Shown here piece by piece: positions 1 through 12,312 of a stretch of 64,000 bases of DNA. Source of the stretch: Histomonas meleagridis 2922-C6/04-290x (taxonomy: Eukaryota > Protista > Parabasalia); the NCBI GenBank assembly GCA_020184695.1, contig JAANOX010000011.1, forward strand, positions 310,001 to 374,000. Direction: 5' to 3'. How positions within the stretch are numbered: position 1 is the first letter of the stretch; each line of letters begins with the position of its first letter. The position numbers and the translations under genes are program-made. The notes below the pieces were generated by a model. It was not told where the DNA came from and ran no database searches. It was given only the letters and a program-made list of their open reading frames with translations.

Positions 1-248
1 TTTTGAGATGAAAATGCATAATAAATCAAAGTACAAATAACAGAATTAAATGAATATGGATATTTTGAATTAAATAGCTCCATTGTTCGTCGAATTGATA
101 ATTCAATATTTTCATTAGTTAAATTAAATATTACTTGTTCAAGAGATATAAGTATTTTTATATAACTAGTTTGAGTTTCATTAACTTTACTATTTCTCTT
201 GGGAGAACTTGAAGATTTTGTTGTATTACGTTTGTTAGTTTTAGGCAT
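1..248 (-). CDS. 5' end of a DUF3447-like/ankyrin family gene running off the left edge of the window
   Basis: Manual translation from ATG at 248: MPKTNKRNTT...LEQVIFNLTNENIELSIRRTMELFNSKYPYSFN. Homologous to the N-termini of the ORFs at 61409, 42639 and 13210. Absent from the ORF track because it is incomplete. Confidence 0.75.
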   Translation of the reverse strand, partial: MPKTNKRNTTKSSSSPKRNSKVNETQTSYIKILISLEQVIFNLTNENIELSIRRTMELFNSKYPYSFNSVICTLIYYAFSSQ

Positions 249-719
249 GCCTAAAGTTTGTGTTTATCTTCAGTTGCAAAAAAGTGAAATATTTTAAATA
301 GTTTACGATTATTTGAATGCAATTTCATCGTTATCATCTTTTGTTATGTTCAAATTCTTTTAAATATAAATTTTGAATTTGTATTATGAAAAAAGTATTA
401 GTAAAATCTCATTGTGATCATCCCAAACCTTTTCTCATTAAAAAAAATCATATTATGTAAAATGTATTTTGGAATTAACAAAATTAACAAATAAATATTT
501 ATTTGTGATATATGAATCTTTTATCCCGTTTAAGCTTTTGGAAACATATTTTTTCATAAATATGTTTCATTTCAGATATCGCCAAAATATGTTCGAAACA
601 TTATGGCAAAAAACCTGAAGCAGAATTCCTAATATTTTACGACCAGTTTGTTTGGAAATAATTAAATAGTTTATTCTTATGGATTTAGGGGTCGAGTAAA
701 CCGTCAAATATTTGAATGT

Positions 720-1270
720 TAAATCACGGTTAAAACTGCCATAAATAATTCTACTATTTCTAGAAATTCATCAGAAGAAATCAAGGAATAACATATTGAC
801 ATATCTAAATTCACCTGAACCTTCATAATCAGGATTATCAATGAACCCATACTTGTCCATTTTTTCTCTGAAAATTCTTCGTTGATTAATGCTCGTTCGG
901 GATCTATGGAGAAATTGATCAATAATAAGACCATCGATTTCAAATGCCTGATATAGATAAACACATATACAGATATTCTGAAATTGTTTCTTTTTTGATA
1001 GATTTCAATGCCCTTGCAATTCGATCTATAATTGTTTCTTTATTATATTTAGATGTTACTCTTAACATCTCTTTTAAATAGAATCCAAACGTGACCAGAT
1101 CTAACAGTTGAAAGATGCGTGATGAATGTTATCCTGTGTCTGGTCACTGTTTTTATGAATTCGCTATTGAGTAAACTAATAAAGTGTCCCCTTATTGTGG
1201 CATTGATAAATTTACATAGACAATCATGATTTCTTGCTTTTACCCTTAGTACACCAAAAAATGCATATTT
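720..1270 (-). mobile_element. Degenerate pogo/Tigger-like (DDE_1) transposase remnant
   Basis: An alternative frame near 1085-1140 reads HSSRIFQLLDLVTFG, resembling the PHSSxxxQPLD motif of DDE_1 transposases. It is followed by IARALKSIKKETISEYL. Stops and frameshifts are present. Confidence 0.5.
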
Positions 1271-2085
1271 CATTTTTAACGAAAAACGAAATATTTAAAT
1301 TAAGTATAAAAAAAAAATTGACCATTTTTTTCTTTTTTATTTTCAAATATGATTATGATGATGATTTGGTTGAAATGATATCAAAGTTTTATTGAGATTC
1401 TTCTGCTGAGTTTTGAGAAAAAGTTGTTAGAATATGCACGTATAACGCATAATAAATATTTCCTTCTTCCGACGATTATTTTTAATTCAAAAAGTTTATA
1501 GCCATAAAATATTTGAATTCTAAATCGCGGTTTTTAAACGGTCGTGCAAAATACCACTTTTCCTCGAAATTCAGCATAAGAAATCTATAAATATTTCAGA
1601 AAAATTAAATTTTGTATATATAAATGCTTACATAAAATTTATAAGAGAAAAAAAGGATGAGTTTTTAGAGTCTTGATGATTTTTTGGCATGTAAATATTA
1701 ATAATAAATATACTTTTTCTCAAAATCAATAATATTTATTTTATAAAAAACCTAATAGTATATATAGCAATGTTATTGTGCAAATTAATATGTATAAACA
1801 ATAAAAAAATTATGTAAAATTTTTTAATCAAATTTCGAATAATTCAATTTTCTAAATTAAAGTCATATACTCAAATAATCCGAATCTAGCCAAATAATTT
1901 TTACTATAAAATTTTATTTATATTATAAGTGTATATGCTTGAAAAAGTAATTACAAATTTTCTGAAGGGACATCTCGAAACGGTTTACTAACATTTTCAA
2001 TTGAAAATTGCTATGATTTCGCCATCCAGTCTTTGCTTAGATGACCGTTTGTGTATTGTATCATACACGAATTTGAATGGAAAGA

Positions 2086-2228
2086 TTTTTTCGGCTCGCG
2101 TCAAAACCGTTTTAACCGAAAAAGGCCTTGGCCAGAAATTTCCGGCTAATGGACAATTTTTTCGGCTCGCGGCCGTTTACTTCAAATGCCGATCATTTCG
2201 TGGCCAGAAATTTCCGGCCGATGGACAG
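2086..2228. repeat. ~72-bp tandem duplication in a GC-richer patch
   Basis: ttttttcggctcgcg at 2086 and 2157; tggccagaaatttccggc at 2129 and 2201. Confidence 0.85.
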
Positions 2229-2249
2229 ATTTTCGTGTCCGGTACTGTA

Positions 2250-2746
2250 AAAAAGTATTGGAATTATTCGATTTAAATTTTCCAAATACATTTAATATTA
2301 TTATAGGTAGCCTGGCTTATAATGCATTTTCATCACTAAAACATGAATTTGATATTTACTTAAATTTTTTAAAAACACTTCAAACGAAAGAAGAAGAAAA
2401 TAATCAAAGTGTCGATAAACTAATTTCAATTTTTATCAAACGTATAACTGAAATCAACACACAAGAATCATATTATTTACTTGAGAAACTAATTGAACAA
2501 AATTTAATTGATAAAAATATCACAAAAAATATTAGATCAAAATATTTTGTTCATTATAAAACAGAAGAAGAAAACCAAAATCGTTTCGCATTATGGTTTT
2601 ATCGAAATGATCCAATACTAAAATACTTTTTTGAACATTATGAAGAACTATCAAAGAATGATTGGGAGCTTCATAAGAAACTAATTGAAGAAGGAGTTAA
2701 TCCTATTGAAATTGCAAAAATAATTCGAAATAAACGAAAATTTTAA
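2250..2746 (+). pseudogene. Truncated N-terminal fragment of the DUF3447-like/ankyrin family
   Basis: ELFDLNFPNTFNIII...EELSKNDWELHKKLIEEGVNPIEIAKIIRN matches the 61409 and 28514 ORFs, then stops. No ankyrin repeats follow. Confidence 0.75.
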
Positions 2747-3113
2747 TCAAAATCTCCTTATGTAAGCATCAAATCTTCATTTTAAATAAGAAATGAAAAT
2801 GAAGCGTATATTGCTACAAATCAAAATCAACTCGAAGATCAAATTTTTGCAGTAAACACTAAAAAGAAAATTACCAAAAGTGTTGATGTAAACACTCAAA
2901 CATATGAAAATCAACAAAATCACAATATACATTATAATAAATATATTCGCAAAGCAAAATATAATTACATAAAAACAATAATATTATAAAGTGTATTATA
3001 AGAAAAACTTCAATATTTTTAATATAATCTATTTTATGCTTAATAGATTTATAAAAAAAACATCAAAAATTTTTTTTATTAACTTTTAAATATTAAAAAA
3101 TATTTTTATAATA

Positions 3114-3510
3114 ATGAATAGCAGATTAAATGTAAAAGATATAGATAATATGATTGAATATTGTATACATCAAAATAAAAAAATATTAAAACAAGAATTA
3201 ATTAACAAAATTCATCCTGATATAAATGTACCTTATAATTCTATAAATATAGCAGTAGGTAGACAAAGAAGTGGTAAAACTCAATGTATTATCAGAGAGA
3301 TTATTAACATTAGTCAATTTTTTCCTAGAACTCATTTATTAATTTATATTAATAGAAATGGTGATAGATCTGATCCTACATTTGAATCATTAAAACCTTT
3401 AATTCGAATTCCAATATTAGATGTATCACAAGATGATGCAGAAAAAATTGTTAATGATATTATAATATGGAAACAATTTTATAATACTTTAATTAAAGAA
3501 ATTTTTTTAT
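3114..3510 (+). mobile_element. Truncated P-loop ATPase resembling a Maverick/Polinton packaging ATPase
   Basis: Walker A-like NIAVGRQRSGKT followed by THLLIYIN. The ORF loses coherence after about 130 aa and runs into the 3' end of the FKBP gene. Mavericks are known to be abundant in trichomonads. Confidence 0.55.
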
Positions 3511-3534
3511 TGAAGAGTAAAATTGTTTTTTTAT

Positions 3535-4356
3535 TTACTTGCTCATCATCTTCTTGAAGAGTTCGTTTTCTCTAGCGTGCTCTTTCTTTTCAGCAGCATT
3601 GAGCTTTGGAATCATGCTCTTGAATGCAGGATCATTCTTTGTGATGGCAAGGCCTTTATCGAGAGCTTTATGAGCCTCTTCAATGTTGCCAAGGTTGATA
3701 AGTGCCTCAGTCTTACGGAGTAATGCTTTGACATCATTAGCATCTGTCTTAAGAACTTGTTCTGCATATTGGAGAGATTCTTTCCAGTTCTGAACTCTGT
3801 AGTAAGCAATAGATAAGTTACGTTGTACACGTGTTTTCATCTTATCGATATCTTCACCGTATTTATTTGTAACGGCATCAAGTGCATTCTTATATTCAGA
3901 AATAGCTTCTTCAAACTTGCCGCCGCGGAAGAACTCTGTAGCCTTATCACAGAATTTGTTTGCAGCTTCAAGAGCTTCTTCATTTGAGTTATATTGGATT
4001 GGAATTGACAAAAGTTCGATATCAAAAACTAATGTAGCACCTCCTGGGATTTTTGGTGGTGATCCTGTTTCACCATAGCCATACTTAGCAGCAATATGGA
4101 ATTCTGATCTTTCGCCAACTTTCATTGTGGCAACACCAAGACTCCATCCCTCAATAACGCCAGATCCAATCTTGAATTCAAATGGTTGGCCTCTGTCTCT
4201 TGAAGAATCAAACTTTTCGCCATTACTTTCAAGTGTACCAGTGTAATGTACGCGAACAGTTTGACCTACCTTTGGTTGTTCTCCTGTACCTTCAACCTTG
4301 ATGATTTTGTAAACTAATTGATCTTCTGTGATATATATTTTTTCTTCACCTGACAT
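3535..4356 (-). CDS. FKBP-type peptidyl-prolyl isomerase with TPR domain (273 aa)
   Basis: VRVHYTGTL...[14 protein letters not shown]...[13 protein letters not shown]...[23 protein letters not shown], then TPR helices. Start set at MSGEEK, which follows an Inr-like TCACA. Confidence 0.93.
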   Translation of the reverse strand: MSGEEKIYITEDQLVYKIIKVEGTGEQPKVGQTVRVHYTGTLESNGEKFDSSRDRGQPFEFKIGSGVIEGWSLGVATMKVGERSEFHIAAKYGYGETGSPPKIPGGATLVFDIELLSIPIQYNSNEEALEAANKFCDKATEFFRGGKFEEAISEYKNALDAVTNKYGEDIDKMKTRVQRNLSIAYYRVQNWKESLQYAEQVLKTDANDVKALLRKTEALINLGNIEEAHKALDKGLAITKNDPAFKSMIPKLNAAEKKEHARENELFKKMMSK

Positions 4357-4960
4357 TGTAAATGTGAATTGACTACTTACGATTAAATGGCCGGCCATTT
4401 AAAATAAACGGTTTCTAATGGGGCACGTTTAGGGTCTCTTCTCAACAAAGGGAAAAAATGTTTCTTTTTTGGTGAAAATAATCCTTTTTTAAATTTATTG
4501 TAAAATATTTAAAAATATTTTGCTGCATATGTTTATAGTTCCTAATAAGATGTTTGCATCAAAGAAAGAACTAAATTTGATTTTTTTTTATCTTATGTTT
4601 TGTCTTCTAAAAAGGTCTTCATAAAATCACATGATAAATACTTCTCAAAAAAAATTTATACTAAACACATTACACGTGAAACAAAGAAACAACGATTGAA
4701 AAAAATTCTCCTAAACATAATATTGTTTTGGAATCTTTTTTTAAAAATTTGTATTTGGAATCACTATGAACAAAATTAAACAAGTTCTATAAGAACTTAA
4801 TTTATGAGTCACACTAACTTGAAAAAATTCTTTCGAAAAAACAATACAGTTTTCTGGTTCTTATATAAAATTTAAAGAATTAATATTAAATCAAAAGTTT
4901 TGGTGAATATCAGCAACAAAGCGCAATTAAAACGGTTTTCGATGAATATACGAACAAACC

Positions 4961-6262
4961 ATGTCAATTCAAAACAATATGAATTTAACAATTTCATTAC
5001 TATCCTTATCAAGTCTTTCTCGAAATCCAATAGTATCTATTTCTCCAGGCTCTCAGAAATTTTTTACTTCATTTTCCAACATTCATTTTTTTAAATCATT
5101 TTCATCTTTTTTATATCAATCTTCATATTCGAAGCTTCATATTGCTGACTCACACTTTGTTAGTGTCCTTGATACACCTATTATTGTCAACCAATTTCAA
5201 GCCAAAAACCAATCATTTTTTAAAAAATCAATTTCGTATGGGTGTACAGAAGGGATTGATATTAGATTTTCAGAATTTAGAGATTGCACTTCAACAACGC
5301 ACAAAGGTGGAGCTGTCAGTATCGGAACTCTACAATGTAAATTATATCATCAAGTTATATTAACACAAAATTCCTTTACTCGATGTTCCTCACTCAATGG
5401 TGGCGCTCTCTACATGTTTGCGGCTGCAGTGTATTCCACCTACAACTGCTTTATTGAATGTCAAGCGTTAATTGAGAATCATGCATTTTTCATCTGGACA
5501 ACACAAGACAACCAATCACGTCATCGGATGAATCTCATATACAACTGTCACAAAAACCAACAAAAAGATTATTCTTTTCAACTTTCCCATGGAATCATTA
5601 CCATGGAATACATCAATTCTACTTCGAACTTTTGTAAATCTGGATCATTTGGTAAGTTCATGTCGGCCATCTCTCAGGTCACATTGAAGTATCTCCAAGT
5701 CGAAGGCCACGATTCGAACGACATCATTTTTTGTAAGGAAATTGAATACATTACAATTGACAACTCTCAATTTGTCAACAACCAATTTTACCAACACGTG
5801 TTTATTTTCCAGTCTTCTTCAACTGATCCTTCAAAGCTTAGAATCAGGAACAGCTGTTTTTTAGGGCAAACTAAGTCACAATATTTAACAACAAATTTAT
5901 CAGAAAGTTTATATCTTCTTTACATGGATACAAATGTAGTAAATGACCAAGATATTTCAGTTGATTGGAAGACAGACGTGTTTGGAGAAAGCGCAATAAT
6001 AACAATTAACCAAATTCGTAATTTTAACACTTTTACTTATACGCTAATGCAATTACAGCAATGTAATGTTCAACCAACGAGTGTGACTGAGCCAGATGAA
6101 AACCCAAGTTCATTAAGATCAGCTGTAGCTATAGCCGTTCTATGCATTATTGTTACATGCATAGTAACAGAAATAGCATTCTTAGTCGTCTTCTATATTA
6201 GAAGAAGAAAAACTATTGCAGAATGGATAGAAGACACAGAAGACCCAAAACAAAATAATTAA
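4961..6262 (+). CDS. Single-pass membrane protein with Pmp-like GGA(V/L) beta-helix motifs
   Basis: N-terminal hydrophobic stretch, KGGAVSI and NGGALYMF motifs, C-terminal TM segment followed by RRRK. Confidence 0.65.
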   Translation: MSIQNNMNLTISLLSLSSLSRNPIVSISPGSQKFFTSFSNIHFFKSFSSFLYQSSYSKLHIADSHFVSVLDTPIIVNQFQAKNQSFFKKSISYGCTEGIDIRFSEFRDCTSTTHKGGAVSIGTLQCKLYHQVILTQNSFTRCSSLNGGALYMFAAAVYSTYNCFIECQALIENHAFFIWTTQDNQSRHRMNLIYNCHKNQQKDYSFQLSHGIITMEYINSTSNFCKSGSFGKFMSAISQVTLKYLQVEGHDSNDIIFCKEIEYITIDNSQFVNNQFYQHVFIFQSSSTDPSKLRIRNSCFLGQTKSQYLTTNLSESLYLLYMDTNVVNDQDISVDWKTDVFGESAIITINQIRNFNTFTYTLMQLQQCNVQPTSVTEPDENPSSLRSAVAIAVLCIIVTCIVTEIAFLVVFYIRRRKTIAEWIEDTEDPKQNN

Positions 6263-6540
6263 CGGTTTGGGGGCCCCCGCGTGTTTAACGTTCTTTTTGT
6301 AATTAAAAAATTTTTATGTTCGAATTTTTTAGTTAAATAATCACAACCTATATTATATTTCGATACAATATGAAGTTTCGAAGTCAAATATAGAGAAAGA
6401 GTTTGGTGTGAAATGGGATTTCAAATCATTCAGCGGCTGAATCCAACATTAGAATTACCACCGTTTACATATAAACTTTTTCAATGTGATCACATTGAAA
6501 AATGTAACACAATTTCGGCAGATTTAAGAGGTTTATATAA

Positions 6541-9500
6541 ATGACCATTTCAATTTTTTCTGTTGTGCACAACGGTCGAAAAATGAATAATGGAACTCAG
6601 ATGTTTCAATCAGTTCTAACACGACTGATAGAATGTTTCATATCACCAATCAATCAAGCAATCAATTCAATCGATTTATTTCAAGGAAATACAAAATTAC
6701 CAGAAGAAATATTAAATGATGTATTTCGCAATTTTCCAAGAAAGCTTCCACAGTATACCAACGTAATTTGCTCTCTAGCAAAAGTTGCCAAATATAATTT
6801 TTCCCCTGTAATAGATTATCTTGCAGATACTTGTAGTAAAGCCTTGAAGGATAAACAAATCATTTTATTCTCATCAATTCATGGGCTTTCTACATCATTT
6901 CAGTTTAGTAATCAACTTCACACAGATTTAATTTTTTATTTTGAATTACTTTTTATTTCTGATTTAATAGCACAAATTATTTCTCACCGTAGCCCTGCTA
7001 GTTTAACGACACATTTAATTGATTGTAGTATTTCATTAGCCAAATTTTCTACAGATTATCCATTTCTTTATAAAAAAATTCTTAAACAATGGGCTTTGAT
7101 TCTTTCAATTTTAAGTGAAAGTTCTATCACTCCGATACTTGATTTTTTTAAATCCCAATTCGAAACCAAAGAATCATTTGAAAATGTATTTAGATTAATT
7201 CAATTCACACGTCTTGATATCAACCAAGAACAAGCTTCAAATTTCCTTAATGCTCTTCTTGAAAAGCTTAAATCTCTTTTAAAGAAGAGAATTCTAAGTA
7301 GTACAATCCTTAAATGTACATCTAAAGTTATTACTTCAGCGCATGGAAATGAAGAGATACTTCAAAATATTTTTGATTTTGCATATACTCTCAAAAAAGA
7401 GAAATCATTTAAGGATGGATGTTTAGAGCTCGTTTCGTCACTTTTCCCTAAACTTCCGAAAAATGGGCAACATATCCAAACTTTCTACAAAAATCGAGTA
7501 TACAAACACACAGGTAATGATGAAAAAGTTCATCTTTCACTTAAACTATTTCGGAAACTAATTTTTGGCGATGAAGTCAATGTGAAATGGCTTTATTGGT
7601 CTTGGGGTGAAATGCATCGTACTTCTTCTCTTTGTTTTATTCATTGGAATAGTGAGCCATTGAAAAAAATGAGTGATCCTGAATCATTTTCATCGATATT
7701 TATTCATCATTTTTTTAACAAATCTAATTTTTCTGTGTGCCCACGATTATTTCGTGATATTTTAATCCATTTAGCGTCACTTGATTTCCAACATTTTTTA
7801 TATAAACTTTTATCCAATTTTATAACATTAGATATAACTGATCCGAGATTAAATGTTTTATTAATGACTGTTCCATTTATTAATTCCAACGACTTTAAGA
7901 AATATGCGTTTAAAAAAATTAGTAATTCTGATATAGATAATTTTAATGCAGTAATCCGTGCAACTATAATTACTCATTTTAAACAATTTGATTCGATTAT
8001 ATCAGATACAGATTATGGAATTTGTGTAGAAAATGATAATAATGTTATTCAAGATGCCGACCAAAAAGTTCGTGGAATTTTGGAAGAATGGAATCTACAA
8101 AATATTCAAAACTTAGTTATATCATTAAATCGATCACAACGTATTAAAGGGAAAATTAATATTCAGTTAAACATATTAAAATGTTTTCAATATGTATTAA
8201 AAAAGAAAGACATATTAAAACCAGATACAATGAATTTACTATTAAAGTTATGTTTTAATAATAATTTTTATATTTCTTCTTCAGCAATTTCAACATGTCT
8301 TTCAATATCAGAAAACGAAGAATTTTTATTAGCATTTATTAAGTTAATTCTTTCATATCTTAGTACATTTCCAAATGATGAAACACAATTTATATGTATA
8401 GCATTATTAATACGATTAATTAAACAATTTAATACAACGTTTGAAATAGAATTAATTTATGATATCGAAATGCAAGCAATGTTAGGCTTAGCTTCAATTC
8501 ATCCTGAAACAAGATTCTTGTCATTAAAATTATTAAATTCTATTAATCAATTTTTGAAAAATAAAGGAGCGCTTTCATATATTAATTTAAAGATTCATTC
8601 AATCGAATCGATTGTTAAGCAAAAAGTTTTATTATTAAAAGATTCTGAAGTTCCTTTAATGAAACTTCATATACCAAAATCACAAATAACATTTTCATAT
8701 GTAGCGTATTCTCATTATTATGAGATTTGGCTTTATTTTATTACGGAGATTTGTAACATATTAATTTCTGTTAATTATTCGCATTTATTAACACGAATTA
8801 ATATGAATTTTCCTTTTGATTGTATAAATTCATCAAATCAAAATAATATCGGATTATTAATATTTTATTTTAATTCATTTTTGATTAACATGAAAATCGA
8901 TAAAAATAATTATTTAAATTCATTGAAACAATATGAAGAAATGAATTCTTATAAATTATTAAAATCTTTATTAGAAAGTTTATTTAAAGAAGAAGAAGAA
9001 TGGAAAAATAAATTAGGTATAAATATCATAAATCATTTAAATATTTCATTTTATCCATTAATTTTTAAAGAGATTTTACCAATTATTCCACAAAATCAAT
9101 TTAAAGATTTAACAAAAACTTTAGTTGAAGTTCTTCGTTCACCACAATTAACAAATGAATTATTTGAGTTAATTCGACCAAATCTTATTTCATTTATAAC
9201 AACGTTACAAAATTATTTTATAAAAATTAAAGTAAATTCACCACGTGTAATCAAATGGAAAACAGAATCACAAAAAATCCTTGAAGATAATTGTTCATTT
9301 TTATGTGATTACTTATATTTAATATGTTTAACATTTAATAATTTCCATGAAAATGAAGAAAATCCTTTATGGCCAATATCAAGTCGTGAAATAGTTTTTA
9401 TGTTTTTATTTAATTGGGCTATGACAAAATTAAGTTCATTAGAAGTATTACGTTCATATGTTTCAAGAACATTTGGGATTATAGTTAAAGTTGGCACATT

Positions 9501-11841
9501 ATTTAATGATAATTTATTATTTAATGACAAAGCAATTAATTATTTTGTGTCAATTGAATTATCAGGAATTAAAGTGTTAAACTCATTATTATTAAATCAT
9601 ACAAATTTATTACTTGAAATTTATGCGAATGCATGTTTAATGCAATCGAATGAATCATCCGAAATATTTTTTGAAGCATTATATAATATATTAGATTATA
9701 AACATATAAATGAAATATATAATTTAAGTGGTTTATTAATATTTATTGGTATTCTTTATAAACAAATCGAATCAATAAAAGCAAATAATTTCTTGAAGAA
9801 ATTATTAGATATATTATATCAATATAAAAATGATCCAAATCCAAAATATGATTTAAATTCACTTCCACGGAAATTTTCATATTGTTCAGAAGATGTTTTA
9901 TACAATGCATTAATATATATTCAAAGGCAACAATTACAAAAATATGTTAAAGATATTGTTGAAGCTATTAAGCCATGGATTAATTCATTACGACTTTTAC
10001 CTAAACAAACAAGTTGCGTACCACAAACAATTAATATTTTTAAGCATTTCACGCCATTTAAGTTCTTAGAATCTTTAATGAATGCAACAGAGAATGTTCG
10101 AAGTGAAGATTTCCGATATATGGTAACATTATGGGATGAATTACTTAAATGTCCAGATCATACTGAATTAATTCCATTATTTATATCCGAATGGCCACAA
10201 GTTGAAACCAAGAAGAAAATATTTTTACATTTAATCGAAACGAACACGTCGAATGTAATCCAACTTTTATTACAACATTGTTCATTTGCTTATCATTTTC
10301 ATGTGACTTATTGTATGTCTAAATCATTTGAAGAAGAAATGTGGATAATTCCATTATTAACGAAAATATTTAAGCGAAATTCATTTGATTTATTTGATGA
10401 TATTTCGAATGTATTACATTTTACATTTCTATTTGCTGATTCTGGCGCTTATTCATTGTTGGAAATCCTTTGTCAACATTTCGATATTGATATTCCTGAA
10501 GGAGAAATTGACACCGAAATATTAATACAATTAATTCCTCAATTCATCAACAAGCTAAATAAAAACTTACAAAATTGGGGAACGGAAGCTTTAAGATGGG
10601 TATTAGGGAGTCAATCATTAAAATTTGTTTATCTTTCATTAATGATATATAATAATATAATGAAACCAATTGATTCGAATATTATTCCGAAAGTTTGTAA
10701 AGCAGTATTATATCATATATCAAATTCGGATACAAGTTCACATTATTTCACTGATTTCATTGGTGAAACATTTGTTTTTTATTCAAATGTATTCCAAGGA
10801 AATGAAAATTACGCATTTAATTACGCAAACGCTTTTCTCGATTGTGACTTTTTCATTCGAAATTGTTTATCGAAAGCTGCTCCTTTATTCTTAAAATGTC
10901 TTTCCTCAGCTGCCGTTAATCAATATGCTTGGGAAAACATTATTAGTATAATTAGGCCAATGTTAATTGACTTAGAAACAAATGAATCGTCACAAAAAAT
11001 TTTCGACATTTTAATTAAAACTTCTAAAAATAAAGAATTGATGTTAATAGTCGCTCCAATGAAAGAATTATACCCGCATTTGTTCCAATCGTCATTACCA
11101 ATTTATCCATTAATTAAAAGTGTGAACGAATCAATGCTTTGTAAGTCTTTGACGCATTATTCACTGATGATAGAAACCGCTTCTTCACAATTATTGAATC
11201 AGATATTCAAAACTGTCATAACATTTATTCAAAAAGTCGCAAACGAAAATAACCGCTCGCCACTTTTAAAGTTATATAAAGCAGCTTTAAATAATTTAAA
11301 TAATTGTCAATACGCAATTAAGTTCATATGTAAACTTTCGAAATATCTTCCGAATATTGCGTCTGACAGTGTTTTTGAGTTTTATGATTGGAATCGAAGT
11401 ATTGATGATGTATCACATGTGTTAAGTAAACTTATAATTAATGAAACTAACACTGTGACAATTACGGATTGTACATCATTGACATCTGTTTCTAATTTGC
11501 TTAGTAACGAATTGATGCCAACGATAATTCCATTTGCTACACAAAGAGAAATGATCGAAGGAATGGAAAGTGTTGTAACTTCTGATTCAGTTAAGCCTTC
11601 GATGTCATTACGCAGATATAGTAGTCATGGAATGAATTGCGTATTGAACAAAAACGATGTTAAAACATTTGTTACGTCAATCGAAATGAAATTTGATCCT
11701 TTGGAACTGCCGTCGAAACTTATTAGCGAAGAATGCGATAAATTTGTTGTGCCTGAAACTTCATTGGTTGCGAATGCGGACGACTTTTTGAAATCAATGA
11801 TTGGCAAGGAGAAAAATGAAAAAAATTCTTCTGTAAGTTAG
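6541..11841 (+). CDS. Large HEAT/ARM helical-repeat protein, possibly Furry/Tao3/MOR2-like
   Basis: 1766-aa intact Leu-rich helical ORF. The segment IKPWINSLRLL resembles Furry. Family assignment is inference, and the start may be a downstream Met. Confidence 0.5.
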   Translation: MTISIFSVVHNGRKMNNGTQMFQSVLTRLIECFISPINQAINSIDLFQGNTKLPEEILNDVFRNFPRKLPQYTNVICSLAKVAKYNFSPVIDYLADTCSKALKDKQIILFSSIHGLSTSFQFSNQLHTDLIFYFELLFISDLIAQIISHRSPASLTTHLIDCSISLAKFSTDYPFLYKKILKQWALILSILSESSITPILDFFKSQFETKESFENVFRLIQFTRLDINQEQASNFLNALLEKLKSLLKKRILSSTILKCTSKVITSAHGNEEILQNIFDFAYTLKKEKSFKDGCLELVSSLFPKLPKNGQHIQTFYKNRVYKHTGNDEKVHLSLKLFRKLIFGDEVNVKWLYWSWGEMHRTSSLCFIHWNSEPLKKMSDPESFSSIFIHHFFNKSNFSVCPRLFRDILIHLASLDFQHFLYKLLSNFITLDITDPRLNVLLMTVPFINSNDFKKYAFKKISNSDIDNFNAVIRATIITHFKQFDSIISDTDYGICVENDNNVIQDADQKVRGILEEWNLQNIQNLVISLNRSQRIKGKINIQLNILKCFQYVLKKKDILKPDTMNLLLKLCFNNNFYISSSAISTCLSISENEEFLLAFIKLILSYLSTFPNDETQFICIALLIRLIKQFNTTFEIELIYDIEMQAMLGLASIHPETRFLSLKLLNSINQFLKNKGALSYINLKIHSIESIVKQKVLLLKDSEVPLMKLHIPKSQITFSYVAYSHYYEIWLYFITEICNILISVNYSHLLTRINMNFPFDCINSSNQNNIGLLIFYFNSFLINMKIDKNNYLNSLKQYEEMNSYKLLKSLLESLFKEEEEWKNKLGINIINHLNISFYPLIFKEILPIIPQNQFKDLTKTLVEVLRSPQLTNELFELIRPNLISFITTLQNYFIKIKVNSPRVIKWKTESQKILEDNCSFLCDYLYLICLTFNNFHENEENPLWPISSREIVFMFLFNWAMTKLSSLEVLRSYVSRTFGIIVKVGTLFNDNLLFNDKAINYFVSIELSGIKVLNSLLLNHTNLLLEIYANACLMQSNESSEIFFEALYNILDYKHINEIYNLSGLLIFIGILYKQIESIKANNFLKKLLDILYQYKNDPNPKYDLNSLPRKFSYCSEDVLYNALIYIQRQQLQKYVKDIVEAIKPWINSLRLLPKQTSCVPQTINIFKHFTPFKFLESLMNATENVRSEDFRYMVTLWDELLKCPDHTELIPLFISEWPQVETKKKIFLHLIETNTSNVIQLLLQHCSFAYHFHVTYCMSKSFEEEMWIIPLLTKIFKRNSFDLFDDISNVLHFTFLFADSGAYSLLEILCQHFDIDIPEGEIDTEILIQLIPQFINKLNKNLQNWGTEALRWVLGSQSLKFVYLSLMIYNNIMKPIDSNIIPKVCKAVLYHISNSDTSSHYFTDFIGETFVFYSNVFQGNENYAFNYANAFLDCDFFIRNCLSKAAPLFLKCLSSAAVNQYAWENIISIIRPMLIDLETNESSQKIFDILIKTSKNKELMLIVAPMKELYPHLFQSSLPIYPLIKSVNESMLCKSLTHYSLMIETASSQLLNQIFKTVITFIQKVANENNRSPLLKLYKAALNNLNNCQYAIKFICKLSKYLPNIASDSVFEFYDWNRSIDDVSHVLSKLIINETNTVTITDCTSLTSVSNLLSNELMPTIIPFATQREMIEGMESVVTSDSVKPSMSLRRYSSHGMNCVLNKNDVKTFVTSIEMKFDPLELPSKLISEECDKFVVPETSLVANADDFLKSMIGKEKNEKNSSVS

Positions 11842-12312
11842 CAGGAAGATTTATGAATTAGTTTTGTAAATTATATGTAATTTATTACATATTTTTGTTG
11901 TTGTGTGTTAGAATTATGTGAATATGTTTAAATTACAAATGAAAAAATCCAATTCGATTTCAAATTCGTTGTTTTAATATTGGAAAATTTTCAAATTTAT
12001 TATTTGTTTTTAATTTCATTTAGCAGTTTGACTATTTATTTTAATTCAATATAAAATTCCTTTTTTTCAAGAAGAAAACTCCAGAGATATCTCTGTACAA
12101 AATATTAATTTTTCAGAGATAAATATTATTATATGGAAAATAATAAATCAAAATCATTATATTCTATTTTTTATTCAAATGAGTTAATTGTTTTTCTTTC
12201 AAGACTACACACAAATTCTACTTTTGAATTTTCATTTGCCTTTCCTCTTCAAATATTTTGATTAATCTTCAAAAACTAATTTAAAACATAAAATTACTAA
12301 AACAAATTAAAT

